Of a stretch of DNA of 64,000 nucleotides, positions 37,075 through 46,348 are shown one piece after another. The stretch covers positions 192,001-256,000 of the forward strand of contig CAVWIP010000010.1 of the NCBI GenBank assembly GCA_963755125.1, given 5' to 3'. Positions within the stretch are counted from its first letter, which is position 1, and the number at the start of each line of letters is the position of its first letter. The notes below the pieces were generated by a model, which was given only the letters and a program-made list of their open reading frames with translations, was not told where the DNA came from and made no database searches. Source of the stretch: an uncultured delta proteobacterium. GTDB lineage: Bacteria > Myxococcota_A > Polyangia > Fen-1088. A program made the translations under genes and the position numbers.

Positions 37075-37521
37075 ATGACGGCGACCCACATTCTGTTCGC
37101 GATTGGAACCTGTCTCGGCCTCGGAGCTTGTGCCTCGGCTACCTCTGTCCCGCGGGACACGGACAATGGCCCGCGTCCCCGGATCGTGCGGGATGACACC
37201 CAGATGGTCATTGACACCGGCGGCGTCCCGCCGGACAAGGAGGCGGAGATCCAGCTGCTCTTGCAGGAGCGCGACTCCTCGGCGCGCCGGTGCTACCAGG
37301 ACGTGCTCAACGAGAAGCACACCCGGGAGTTCAAGGGAAACGTGAAAGTTGTCATCACCATAGACACCTCGGGACATGGCAAACCGCGCGTGGCAGGCAG
37401 TACGCTGGGCAGCAAGGAAGTTGAGGACTGCCTGGTTGGGGTATTGCGGGATTTCGAGTATCCCAAGCTCGATAAGGGCGGCGATGTGCAGTACGAGTTC
37501 AAGTTCGAGCCGCAGTACTAG
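37075..37521 (+). CDS. Lipoprotein with AgmX/PglI C-terminal (TonB_C-like) domain
   Basis: Lipobox LGA-C. ARRCYQ..GNVKVVITIDTSG..STLG..VEDCL..FEYP..YEFKF. Confidence 0.8.
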   Translation: MTATHILFAIGTCLGLGACASATSVPRDTDNGPRPRIVRDDTQMVIDTGGVPPDKEAEIQLLLQERDSSARRCYQDVLNEKHTREFKGNVKVVITIDTSGHGKPRVAGSTLGSKEVEDCLVGVLRDFEYPKLDKGGDVQYEFKFEPQY

Positions 37522-37796
37522 ACGCTGACTCGTCGTCTCTGCCGTCGGCACAGGTAGGCGTCCGCGCCTGCGTTCGCGCCACGTAGGCGGGGTAGCTTTG
37601 TGCATTCTGGCATGAATCGGCACGTCGGAGAGCCAAGAAAATAGGGACCGAATGCAAAAGGTTTGAGCACTGCTCTTCGATCGGCCCCCTAACGTTTAGT
37701 TGTTCCTTCGGCCACGCCAGTGAAACCGATACTACAGGTTTGGTCTGAAACGCCGATGTTCTCCCAACAAAGTAAATGTATAATGGCTCACTAAGC

Positions 37797-38582
37797 ATGC
37801 AAGGTCATACGCCCAAGGTCGCTTGTGTCCTGTGCGTGTTGGTTTTCAGCTGCGCGTCCGCGCCAGAAACCCGAGATCCGCGCTTGGCGGACAAGTCGCG
37901 CTCTCGACAAAAGACTTCGGCGCGCGCCGGGGTCGCCGGTGACGACCAGGGTATGGACATGCAAATGTCCATCGGCGTGCTCGACGAGCGCGCGGTGGAC
38001 AGGGCGATGGAGCCCCACGTACCCGCCATGGTTGACTGCTTCGAGCGTGCCGGAGACGCACGCAGGTACCTATCGGGCCAAGTCGTTCTCCGCTTCGTAG
38101 TCGAGGCCAGCGGATCGGTGTCGGACATTCACGTCATCAAGAACGAACTGGGCAACTATCCTGTCGAGCGCTGTCTCATCGACGCTGGCAGGCGCATCGT
38201 GTTCCCGCGACCCGAAGGCAACCGCCGAACTGATTTCGAGTATTCCCTGCGTTTCCGGTCGACCGGCGAGATGCGCGTCCTGAATTGGAATGGCGACGAC
38301 GTGGCCAATCGCGTGGCCTCGACCAACGATTTCTCCAGTTGCGGAACCTTGGGACCACAGCGCGTGGAAGCGATTGCCTACGTCGAGCCGGCTGGCACCA
38401 TCGGCTCGGTGGGCTTCGTCTCGCAGGGGCCCATCAATCCCGACGCCGCTTCCTGTGCCGAGGAACAGATGTACAAGCTGCGGATCGCCGACGGCCGCCC
38501 CAATGTGGTGCTGCGTACAGTGTTTCCGCTGGTCATCGCCTCCCAGCGCCCCGGCAAGGGCAAGCGTTCCCGGCACCATTGA
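37797..38582 (+). CDS. Lipoprotein with AgmX/PglI C-terminal (TonB_C-like) domain and a second degenerate copy
   Basis: Lipobox VFS-C. DCFE..GQVVLRFVVEASGSV..LGNYPVERCL..FPRPEG. Confidence 0.78.
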   Translation: MQGHTPKVACVLCVLVFSCASAPETRDPRLADKSRSRQKTSARAGVAGDDQGMDMQMSIGVLDERAVDRAMEPHVPAMVDCFERAGDARRYLSGQVVLRFVVEASGSVSDIHVIKNELGNYPVERCLIDAGRRIVFPRPEGNRRTDFEYSLRFRSTGEMRVLNWNGDDVANRVASTNDFSSCGTLGPQRVEAIAYVEPAGTIGSVGFVSQGPINPDAASCAEEQMYKLRIADGRPNVVLRTVFPLVIASQRPGKGKRSRHH

Positions 38583-38607
38583 TCGTGGAAGGCGGTCGGC
38601 AATCTGG

Positions 38608-40071
38608 TCAGTGAGGGTGGCCGACCACGCCACGAGCCAGGTTGGTGACCACGGCGAGAAGGCGCTGCAACTCCTCCGCCGTCGTGCTCGCGCGTAGAGA
38701 CACGGTCTTCTCTTCCCGGGATAGCTCGGCCCGATCGACCAGGGGGGAAAACCCGGTCAGAAGCAGCACGGGACTCAGCATGATCTGGCGTTTCCACGAC
38801 GAGAAATTGCGCTCCCACGCCCGCGCTTCCGGCTCGGTTTCAAACTCGGCCACCAGTTCCAAGTAGGGTGCTGGATCGATGCCGGCCACCAGGGTCAGCA
38901 CCTGCGGCGTTGCTCCGTATGGCCCCATCTCGCGCACGTCGTCGACCACACCACGTGTTCCGGGGACGACCGGCGACGGCCCCGGCAAGACAATCAGGTT
39001 GACTGCCGTGATCATGAAGACCGCATCATCAGGCAAGGCGCTGTCCTCGGCGTCGATCCGAGCAACCAGCTCGCGCCAGGTGATGCGCGCGCGACTCTTG
39101 CCGGTGGGCAAGGGACTGGCGTCGGCCGGGCCACCATCAACGATCCCCGCATCGATGGCGGCCGCGCGGTCGCCGGCAGGTTTGCGCGCGGGCCGCCCCA
39201 GGAGCCGTTCGGCGTAGGCCGGGGGCGCCATCACGGCCAGGGATGGTTGGGGCAGCACAAAGATGCGGTCATCCAGGTTGAGATCGGAAGTCTCGCCACG
39301 AGATGCCGCGCGCGGCCTGCGCACGCCCACGGGCCGGCCGTCCTCCGCGCGCCATTGGATTGTCTGGCCAGTGGCAGCGGCACCGCGATCGAGCGCGGCC
39401 TGCAGGCTGGCGTCCCTCAGGTGGTGCCGGGCAGCGAGGAAGGTGACCTTGTCATTGCGCGGCTCTGGAGTGGCGATGAGCAAGGCATCGAAGTCGCGAT
39501 AGAGATCGAGACCGGTGCCTTCGAGCAGCCGCCGTCGATCAGGCAGCAGCACAAGAAGTTGGTCGATGGCTTCCACATAGCTCGACCTGGAGGCCGAAGC
39601 GCGCACGCGATCCAGACGCAGCAACGCCGTGAGGCGCGAGCCTTCGGGTCCGTAGTTGCGCAAGTCACCGGGCCGCCGACGGCCGCCGTCTGCTTCCTCA
39701 CCTGCATCGTGCGCGGCCAGACCGGCCTGGGCAGAGGCGTCGGCAGTACCGCCATCCGGCGCGAGGACGACCGCCGCACCCACGCGCGCCGCCCGCATCC
39801 GCGCAGCCCTGGGCCGACGCACGGGGCGCGCTGCGCCTTCGTCCTCGGACTTCGATCTAGTGGAGCGGCCGCCGTCCAGGGGCAGCTCTTTGACATCTAT
39901 GGCGATGGTGGCCAAGCGAACCGGTGGCACCAGCGTGAACCCGCGCCAGGCAGCGATCGCCACCGCGCTGACCGCCACGGCGGCGTGCACGGCCAGGGAC
40001 AGGCTGAAGGCAAGTAGTGTCCGGCGCATCCCTGTGAGTAAATGGACCGGCGGCGACGGCGGATCATTCAC
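38608..40071 (-). CDS. Hypothetical membrane-anchored protein
   Basis: N-terminal TM SLAVHAA (TonB-like SxxxH), low-complexity linker, globular C-terminal part. Overlaps the upstream gene stop. Alternative start at 40029. Confidence 0.7.
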   Translation of the reverse strand: MNDPPSPPVHLLTGMRRTLLAFSLSLAVHAAVAVSAVAIAAWRGFTLVPPVRLATIAIDVKELPLDGGRSTRSKSEDEGAARPVRRPRAARMRAARVGAAVVLAPDGGTADASAQAGLAAHDAGEEADGGRRRPGDLRNYGPEGSRLTALLRLDRVRASASRSSYVEAIDQLLVLLPDRRRLLEGTGLDLYRDFDALLIATPEPRNDKVTFLAARHHLRDASLQAALDRGAAATGQTIQWRAEDGRPVGVRRPRAASRGETSDLNLDDRIFVLPQPSLAVMAPPAYAERLLGRPARKPAGDRAAAIDAGIVDGGPADASPLPTGKSRARITWRELVARIDAEDSALPDDAVFMITAVNLIVLPGPSPVVPGTRGVVDDVREMGPYGATPQVLTLVAGIDPAPYLELVAEFETEPEARAWERNFSSWKRQIMLSPVLLLTGFSPLVDRAELSREEKTVSLRASTTAEELQRLLAVVTNLARGVVGHPH

Positions 40072-40630
40072 GCGGTTCGCCTGGCACGGCCAGCCGTCGT
40101 GCCGCGCGCACGGCCGTCACCGTCAACGGCGGAGCCGACCCGATGGTGAGCAGCGCACCTTCGCGCGGGCGAACCTGCGAAATGCCGGTCAGCTCCGCCG
40201 CCAAAAACAGGGCAGCCAGTCGTGCCTCGGTTTCCTGGTGTCGGGTGGCATCCAGGGATACCACCACCCCCGCCGGTCGCAGCGTCGGAAGCAAGCCCAC
40301 CAGGAGGTCTTCGGCCGCGGCCTGGTCTTCCACGTCCATCAGGTTCTCGATGAGGATGGCGCCGACCACCCCGCGTCCCAGCGGCAGGTCTTCCGCCGCT
40401 GATACGACCAGCAACGGACGTGCCGACTTGCTGGCCCGCCTCACCGCACGCAAGGCCCCCGACCTCTTGTCTTCTTCGACGAGTGCGAGCACTGGGTAGC
40501 TGCTAGCCAGCGCCTCGGCAAGCCAGAGCGCGCTTAGCACGACGATGGGCTGGCGTTCCTGCAGCAAGCGACCGATGCGGTCGAGGGTAGCCCCGCTACC
40601 CAGGGGACCGGAAAGAAGAGGTCCTCGCAT
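40064..40630 (-). CDS. Hypothetical protein with a degenerate class I SAM-methyltransferase-like fold
   Basis: AEDLPL..VVGAIL and LLPTLRPAGVVV resemble MTase motifs. No GxG motif I. Confidence 0.55.
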   Translation of the reverse strand: MRGPLLSGPLGSGATLDRIGRLLQERQPIVVLSALWLAEALASSYPVLALVEEDKRSGALRAVRRASKSARPLLVVSAAEDLPLGRGVVGAILIENLMDVEDQAAAEDLLVGLLPTLRPAGVVVSLDATRHQETEARLAALFLAAELTGISQVRPREGALLTIGSAPPLTVTAVRAARRLAVPGEPRE

Positions 40631-40694
40631 GGCCGAATACTATAGGGGGGCGCGCGAGGTCACGGCAAGCCGCGGGTGTCCACGCCTGCCGGCC

Positions 40695-40946
<252 letters not shown>

Positions 40947-41009
40947 GACAGCGAGTCTATGGCGAAGCGCCGAAGTTCGCCAGAGACCTGTACCTCTGGG
41001 TCGACCCTC

Positions 41010-41038
41010 TTCGACGGCGGAACACCCACATGTATAAT
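41010..41038 (+). promoter_or_regulatory. Putative sigma-70 promoter of the Cys-rich gene array
   Basis: Perfect TATAAT (41033-41038) with TTCGACG 16-17 bp upstream, about 100 bp before the GAGGA RBS and ATG 41136. Confidence 0.45.
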
Positions 41039-41135
41039 ACGGTATGTCGAGCAATGTAGCTCACAATTCATTCCTTGCAAAACCATACCGATGGCGAGTA
41101 CGCTTGAGTGAGGAACAAGTTGCGAGGACACACAC

Positions 41136-44100
41136 ATGAGGCGTGACGGATCAGTCAGACGCCTGACGGCAGGGATACGCCGTCGGGCGAATCTTGTCGT
41201 TCGAGGATGGGCCGTCTGCGTTCTGGCATGGACCGCGGGTTGCAGTGTCGACAACAGGGTGGGCGCGTCGACGGACGCTCCGGGGGGGATCGGCTCACCA
41301 GAAGGGGGACCGGCGTCAGCGTCTGACACTCCCCCCATCCTGGTGCTGCCTGAGCTGCGCAACACGGATGGTGGTCTTTGTCCGGCGTTTACCTGCAGCA
41401 CGGGAACCACCCAGTACTGCGGGGATATTGGGGACAGTTGTGGGCAACCCCAGCATTGTGGCGCCTGTCCCACCGGCCAGCAGTGCGAAAACAACGTTTG
41501 CGTGGCCGCAGGAACCGTTTGTCTCACGGGATGCACCGTTGCCGGCGGGACGTATTGTGGAGTGATCGGGGACGGCTGCGGCGGCACGCTCGACTGCGGG
41601 ACTGCGTGCCCACTGACCGGGTGGACGTGCGGCACGGACCATATCTGCAAAGGCGGCCCCACCGTCTGTCAGGCAGACACCTGCGTGGCAGCCTCGGGAG
41701 ACCAATACTGTGGGACCATCGGCGATGGCTGCGGCAACACGCTGGACTGCGGGAATCCCTGTCCCACTGGATGGAATTGTCTCAACAACCTCTGCGTGGG
41801 CCCCGCAGGGGTGTGCAATGCGCTGAAGTGCGCGACGGACAGTGGGGACCACTACTGCGGCGACATCGGGGACGGATGCGGCGGGATCCTGGCCTGCGGG
41901 GACGACTGCCCTGCAGGATGGACCTGCGAGGACCATATGTGCAAGGCGACGCCGCCCGCATGCACCTTGGCGACCTGCGCGACTGCTAGCGGGGATCACT
42001 ATTGCGGACCCATTGGGGACGGATGTGGCGGCACACTCGACTGCGGGGCTGACTGTCCCGTTGGATGGAACTGCGTGAATTCCGTTTGTGTCGGCGGGCC
42101 CCTGGTTTGTCAGCCGGCCACCTGCGACACCGCAGGCGGCGGGCGGTACTGTGGCCAGGTCGGGGACGGATGTGGTGGCACGTTGAACTGCCCGGCGGAT
42201 TGTCTGCAGTCCGGATGGATTTGTCAGGACAATCTATGCATAGGGCCTCCTTCCGTATGCACGAAGATCACCTGTGCGACCGCGAGCGGCGACAACTACT
42301 GCGGGACAGTGGGGGACAACTGCGGTGGGTCGCTCGACTGCGGCACGATCTGTCCCAAGGCCGGCTGGACCTGCGGAACCGACAACATCTGCAAGGGCCC
42401 CCCGGGCGTCTGTATCCCCCTGAGCTGCACCACCTCGGGCGGAGACCACTACTGTGGAACCGTGGGGGATGGGTGCGGCGGCACACTCGACTGTGGAACG
42501 ACCTGTCCTACTGCGGGATGGACCTGCGGAACCGACAACATCTGCAAAGGCGGCCCAACGTGCGTGCCGACAACGTGCGATGCACCGAACGGCGATCACT
42601 ACTGCGGAACCATCGGGGACGGATGCGGCGGGACCCTTGACTGCGGAACCACCTGTCCCAAGGCAGGGTGGACGTGCAGCGACAACATGTGCAAGGCCGA
42701 CTTGACCTCCTGCACGCCGCTGACTTGCGTGGCGTCGAGCGGGGACACCTACTGCGGGGCTATCGGGGACGGCTGTGGCGGAACCCTGGACTGCGGGACC
42801 ACCTGCCCCAAGGCAGGCTGGGTGTGCGAGAACGGTCTCTGCAAGGCAGGTTCCACCGCAAACTGCATAGCCAGAACCTGCACCACGGCCTATGGCGATC
42901 AGTACTGTGGAACCATCGGCGACGGCTGCGGCAACTCAGTGGAATGCGGAACCACATGCGCAAAAGCCGGATGGGCCTGCCAGGACAATTTGTGCAAAGC
43001 AGGTCCCACCGCCAACTGCGTGCCGCTGGCCTGCACGACCGCAAACAACGACCAGTACTGCGGGGACATCGGTGATGGTTGCGGCGGAACGGTACACTGC
43101 GGAACCGCATGCACCAAGGCCGGGTGGACCTGCCAGGACAACCTGTGCAAAGGGGGTCCGACCTCTGGCTGCACGCCGCTCACCTGTCAAACTGCGAGCG
43201 GCGACCAGTACTGCGGCGACATCGGCGATGGCTGTGGCAACTTGCTGGACTGCGGCACAACCTGCGCCAAGAGCGGCTGGACCTGCCAGAACAGTCTGTG
43301 CAAGGGTGGCCCGACCTGCACGCCAGTGACGTGCAATCCGGCCTCGGGCGGCCGATACTGCGGAGTCATCGGCGATGGCTGCGGCAACTCACTCACTTGC
43401 AGCACGGATTGCTCGGCCGCGGGCAGCGCCTGGATCTGCCAGGACAATCTTTGCAAGGGCGGTCCAACCTGCACCCCGTTGACATGCGCCGCGACGAGTG
43501 TGGACAACTACTGCGGGAACATCGGGGATGGCTGTGGCGGGACGCTTTCCTGCAGCGCGACCTGCCCCAAGACCGGATGGGTGTGCAATCAGGGATTGTG
43601 CCAGGCAGGGCCCACCGCCGCCTGCGTCCCGCAGGCGTGCACCACCACAGCCGGGGATCAGTACTGTGGCGACATCGGCGATGGATGCGGATCAACTGCA
43701 CACTGCGGAACCACCTGCGCCAAGCCTGGATGGACCTGCCAGAACAACCTGTGCAAGGCAGGTCCGACCGCTGGCTGCACGCCCCTGACCTGCACGGCAA
43801 GCAGTGGCGACCAGTACTGCGGGGTCATCGGCGACGGCTGCGGCAACTCGCTCGACTGCGGCACCACCTGCACCAAGCCCGGGTGGACCTGTCAGAACAA
43901 TCTCTGTGTAGGCCCGCCTGGTGTGTGCACGCCCCTCACCTGCGCAACCGCGAGTGGTGACCAGTACTGCGGGGTCATCGGTGACGGTTGCGGCAACTCG
44001 CTCGACTGCGGCACCACCTGCCCGAAGACCGGCTGGACCTGCCAGAGCAGTCTGTGCAAGGCAGGTCCGACCGCTGGCTGCACGCCTCTCACCTGCAACC

Positions 44101-46235
44101 CAGCGACCGGCGGCCAGTACTGCGGAACCATCGGCGACGGCTGCGGCAACTCGGTCAATTGCGGCACGGACTGCTCGGCCGCTGGCAGCGGCTGGGTGTG
44201 CGGCAGCAACAACTCCTGCGTGGGCGGGCCTGGCTGCCTGCCAGTTACCTGCAACAACGCCAGCGGCGTGCAGCAGTACTGCGGCAACGTGGGCGACGGC
44301 TGTGGCGCGACGCTGGGCTGCCCGGCGACATGCGCGAATAGCACACCCTGCGGTGCGATCACAGCCAATGTCTGTGAGCCTTGTGGTGGCTTGTGTCTGA
44401 ATCGGGTTCGCTGCAGCGGCACGGCCACCACCAGCATCAGCGGCACAGTGTACGACCCTGCAGGCTACAACCAGCTATACAACGTGATCGTCTCCATCCC
44501 GAACCTCGCGATTGCGACGCTGGACCCGATCACCACAGGTTCGGTGAGTTGCTCCACCTGCGACGGCCAGGTGTCAGGCCAGCCCATTGCCACGGCACTG
44601 ACCGATGCCAATGGGCACTTTCTCCTCAACGACGTGCCCTGGGGTGTTGATATCCCGCTGGTCATGCAACTTGGAAAGTGGCGGCGGCAGATCACGATTC
44701 CCAAGTCGATGGTCACCAACCAGTGTGGGGACAATCCCATCACCGAGACCAAGCCGGTATCGTTGTTGCGCCTGCCCAGGAACATCTACGACGGGGACAA
44801 CAGTGGGCTGTACACCAGTATACCTAAGATCGCCATAGCGGCTGGCTATGCTCGAAGTCCTGACAACACCGCTACCGAGCGCCTGCAGTGCCTGCTTCGT
44901 CGGATAGGCGTCGATGCATCTGAGTTTACCCTGCCCACCGGCTCGGGTTCGGTCCGGCTGTACAATCAGTCGAAGAACTCGGACACGTGCAACACAATAT
45001 CGGGGATCACGGGGACATTCCCTGATGCGACGACGAGTCTTTGGGACAAACAGGCCGATCTGAACCAGTACGACGTCATTCTACTCAACTGTGGCGGCGC
45101 CGAGGAGGATCCCACTTCCACGTCGGGTCAGGCCTTTATTCCAAACCCGACTGCGGTCAATCTGATGCAGGCCTATGTCAATGCCGGTGGCCGCGTGTTT
45201 GCCGAACACTATCACTGGGCATGGATCCGTGGATTCACGGGCTATCCTTCCGTCTTCGGTAATGTGGCAACCTGGTATAATGACCCTGGTGAACCAAACC
45301 CTGGGACCGGGCAAATCGGATCGGTTTCAAGGGACACTCTCATCGACCAATCATTCCCAAAGGGCATCGCGTTTGCTAGCTGGCTGTACAATGTCGGCGC
45401 AACCACGACTCCCGGGCACCTCGCGCTGTCAAGCAGTGTGAAATACACTGCCATTGACCAGATCAGACCGCCCTCGCAGCGATGGATCTTTGAAGCTTTG
45501 CCCACCGATGGCGGTGTTTCGCCCCCGGACGCGGGTTTCACTGGTACGCCAGCGCAATATACACATTACTTTTCTTTCAACACGCCGATAGGCGCGGCCG
45601 AGACAGCCCAGTGCGGGAAGTTTGTCTACACCGCATTGCACGTCAGCGATGCCGCATCGACTGGCTTCCCGGGAGATCCGTCCACGGGCAGCACGGTATT
45701 TCCCACTTGTTGCGCCACTCGCACTGGCCTTTCGCCACAGGAGAAGGCGCTGGAGTTCATGATCTTCGACCTCTCGGGTTGCGTCAGCCCGGTCGAGTTG
45801 CCGCCCACGCCGCCGCCCGCTGCCAGCGCCGCGCCTCCTGCGGCGCCGCCGCCGTCTGCTGCTGCGCCCCCACCGCCGCCACCTCCACCACCCGCGCCGC
45901 CGCCGGCTGCGGCCGCTCCTCCGACGGTTTCGGCACCGCCACCGCCGCCTCCTCCGCCCGCTGCCGTGCCGCCGGCTGCTTCGCCACCGCCGCCGCCGCC
46001 GCCTCCGCCGCCGGCTGCCGCACCGCCGGCTGGCTCAGCACCGCCACCGCCAGGAGCCCCGCCACCGCCCGCTGCGCTGCCGGCTCCGCCTCCACCGCCG
46101 CCGCCGCCCGCGTCTCCGCCGCCATCAGTGCCTCCGGCGGCCGCGCCACCTCCTGCGGCAGCGCCGCCTCCGCCACCACCTCCGGCAGCGCCACCTCCAG
46201 CGCCGCCTCCGCCACAGAATCCGTTTGTCCCATAG
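41136..46235 (+). CDS. Giant Cys-rich repeat lipoprotein 1 (1699 aa, 20 repeats, C-terminal globular region, Pro-rich tail)
   Basis: Lipobox WTAG-C36. About 51-aa 8-Cys units YCGxIGDGCGxxLxCG..GWxC, carboxypeptidase-regulatory-like TSISGTVYDPAG domain, QEKALEFMIFDLSGCV, poly-Pro tail. Confidence 0.9.
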   Translation: MRRDGSVRRLTAGIRRRANLVVRGWAVCVLAWTAGCSVDNRVGASTDAPGGIGSPEGGPASASDTPPILVLPELRNTDGGLCPAFTCSTGTTQYCGDIGDSCGQPQHCGACPTGQQCENNVCVAAGTVCLTGCTVAGGTYCGVIGDGCGGTLDCGTACPLTGWTCGTDHICKGGPTVCQADTCVAASGDQYCGTIGDGCGNTLDCGNPCPTGWNCLNNLCVGPAGVCNALKCATDSGDHYCGDIGDGCGGILACGDDCPAGWTCEDHMCKATPPACTLATCATASGDHYCGPIGDGCGGTLDCGADCPVGWNCVNSVCVGGPLVCQPATCDTAGGGRYCGQVGDGCGGTLNCPADCLQSGWICQDNLCIGPPSVCTKITCATASGDNYCGTVGDNCGGSLDCGTICPKAGWTCGTDNICKGPPGVCIPLSCTTSGGDHYCGTVGDGCGGTLDCGTTCPTAGWTCGTDNICKGGPTCVPTTCDAPNGDHYCGTIGDGCGGTLDCGTTCPKAGWTCSDNMCKADLTSCTPLTCVASSGDTYCGAIGDGCGGTLDCGTTCPKAGWVCENGLCKAGSTANCIARTCTTAYGDQYCGTIGDGCGNSVECGTTCAKAGWACQDNLCKAGPTANCVPLACTTANNDQYCGDIGDGCGGTVHCGTACTKAGWTCQDNLCKGGPTSGCTPLTCQTASGDQYCGDIGDGCGNLLDCGTTCAKSGWTCQNSLCKGGPTCTPVTCNPASGGRYCGVIGDGCGNSLTCSTDCSAAGSAWICQDNLCKGGPTCTPLTCAATSVDNYCGNIGDGCGGTLSCSATCPKTGWVCNQGLCQAGPTAACVPQACTTTAGDQYCGDIGDGCGSTAHCGTTCAKPGWTCQNNLCKAGPTAGCTPLTCTASSGDQYCGVIGDGCGNSLDCGTTCTKPGWTCQNNLCVGPPGVCTPLTCATASGDQYCGVIGDGCGNSLDCGTTCPKTGWTCQSSLCKAGPTAGCTPLTCNPATGGQYCGTIGDGCGNSVNCGTDCSAAGSGWVCGSNNSCVGGPGCLPVTCNNASGVQQYCGNVGDGCGATLGCPATCANSTPCGAITANVCEPCGGLCLNRVRCSGTATTSISGTVYDPAGYNQLYNVIVSIPNLAIATLDPITTGSVSCSTCDGQVSGQPIATALTDANGHFLLNDVPWGVDIPLVMQLGKWRRQITIPKSMVTNQCGDNPITETKPVSLLRLPRNIYDGDNSGLYTSIPKIAIAAGYARSPDNTATERLQCLLRRIGVDASEFTLPTGSGSVRLYNQSKNSDTCNTISGITGTFPDATTSLWDKQADLNQYDVILLNCGGAEEDPTSTSGQAFIPNPTAVNLMQAYVNAGGRVFAEHYHWAWIRGFTGYPSVFGNVATWYNDPGEPNPGTGQIGSVSRDTLIDQSFPKGIAFASWLYNVGATTTPGHLALSSSVKYTAIDQIRPPSQRWIFEALPTDGGVSPPDAGFTGTPAQYTHYFSFNTPIGAAETAQCGKFVYTALHVSDAASTGFPGDPSTGSTVFPTCCATRTGLSPQEKALEFMIFDLSGCVSPVELPPTPPPAASAAPPAAPPPSAAAPPPPPPPPPAPPPAAAAPPTVSAPPPPPPPPAAVPPAASPPPPPPPPPPAAAPPAGSAPPPPGAPPPPAALPAPPPPPPPPASPPPSVPPAAAPPPAAAPPPPPPPAAPPPAPPPPQNPFVP
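44248..45819 (+). repeat. About 1.57-kb direct repeat, copy 1 (partner 52758-54329)
   Basis: Offset is 8510 bp at both ends, with long identical stretches and mostly synonymous differences. Confidence 0.9.
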
Positions 46236-46348
46236 TCCGATTTTCCGGCGCGGGCGTTTTCACGCAACCTGCCGGAGCACTCATCAGCAAAGAAAGACAA
46301 CACTTTCATCCCTACACGATTGGACCGTCGGGGAGGAGGGCACGCACA

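Noticed and set aside
45611..46348. N-terminal 246 aa of the 1632-aa ORF
   Set aside because: It is the off-frame shadow of gene 1's Pro tail plus intergenic DNA. The RBS, signal peptide and C36 alignment place the start at 46349.
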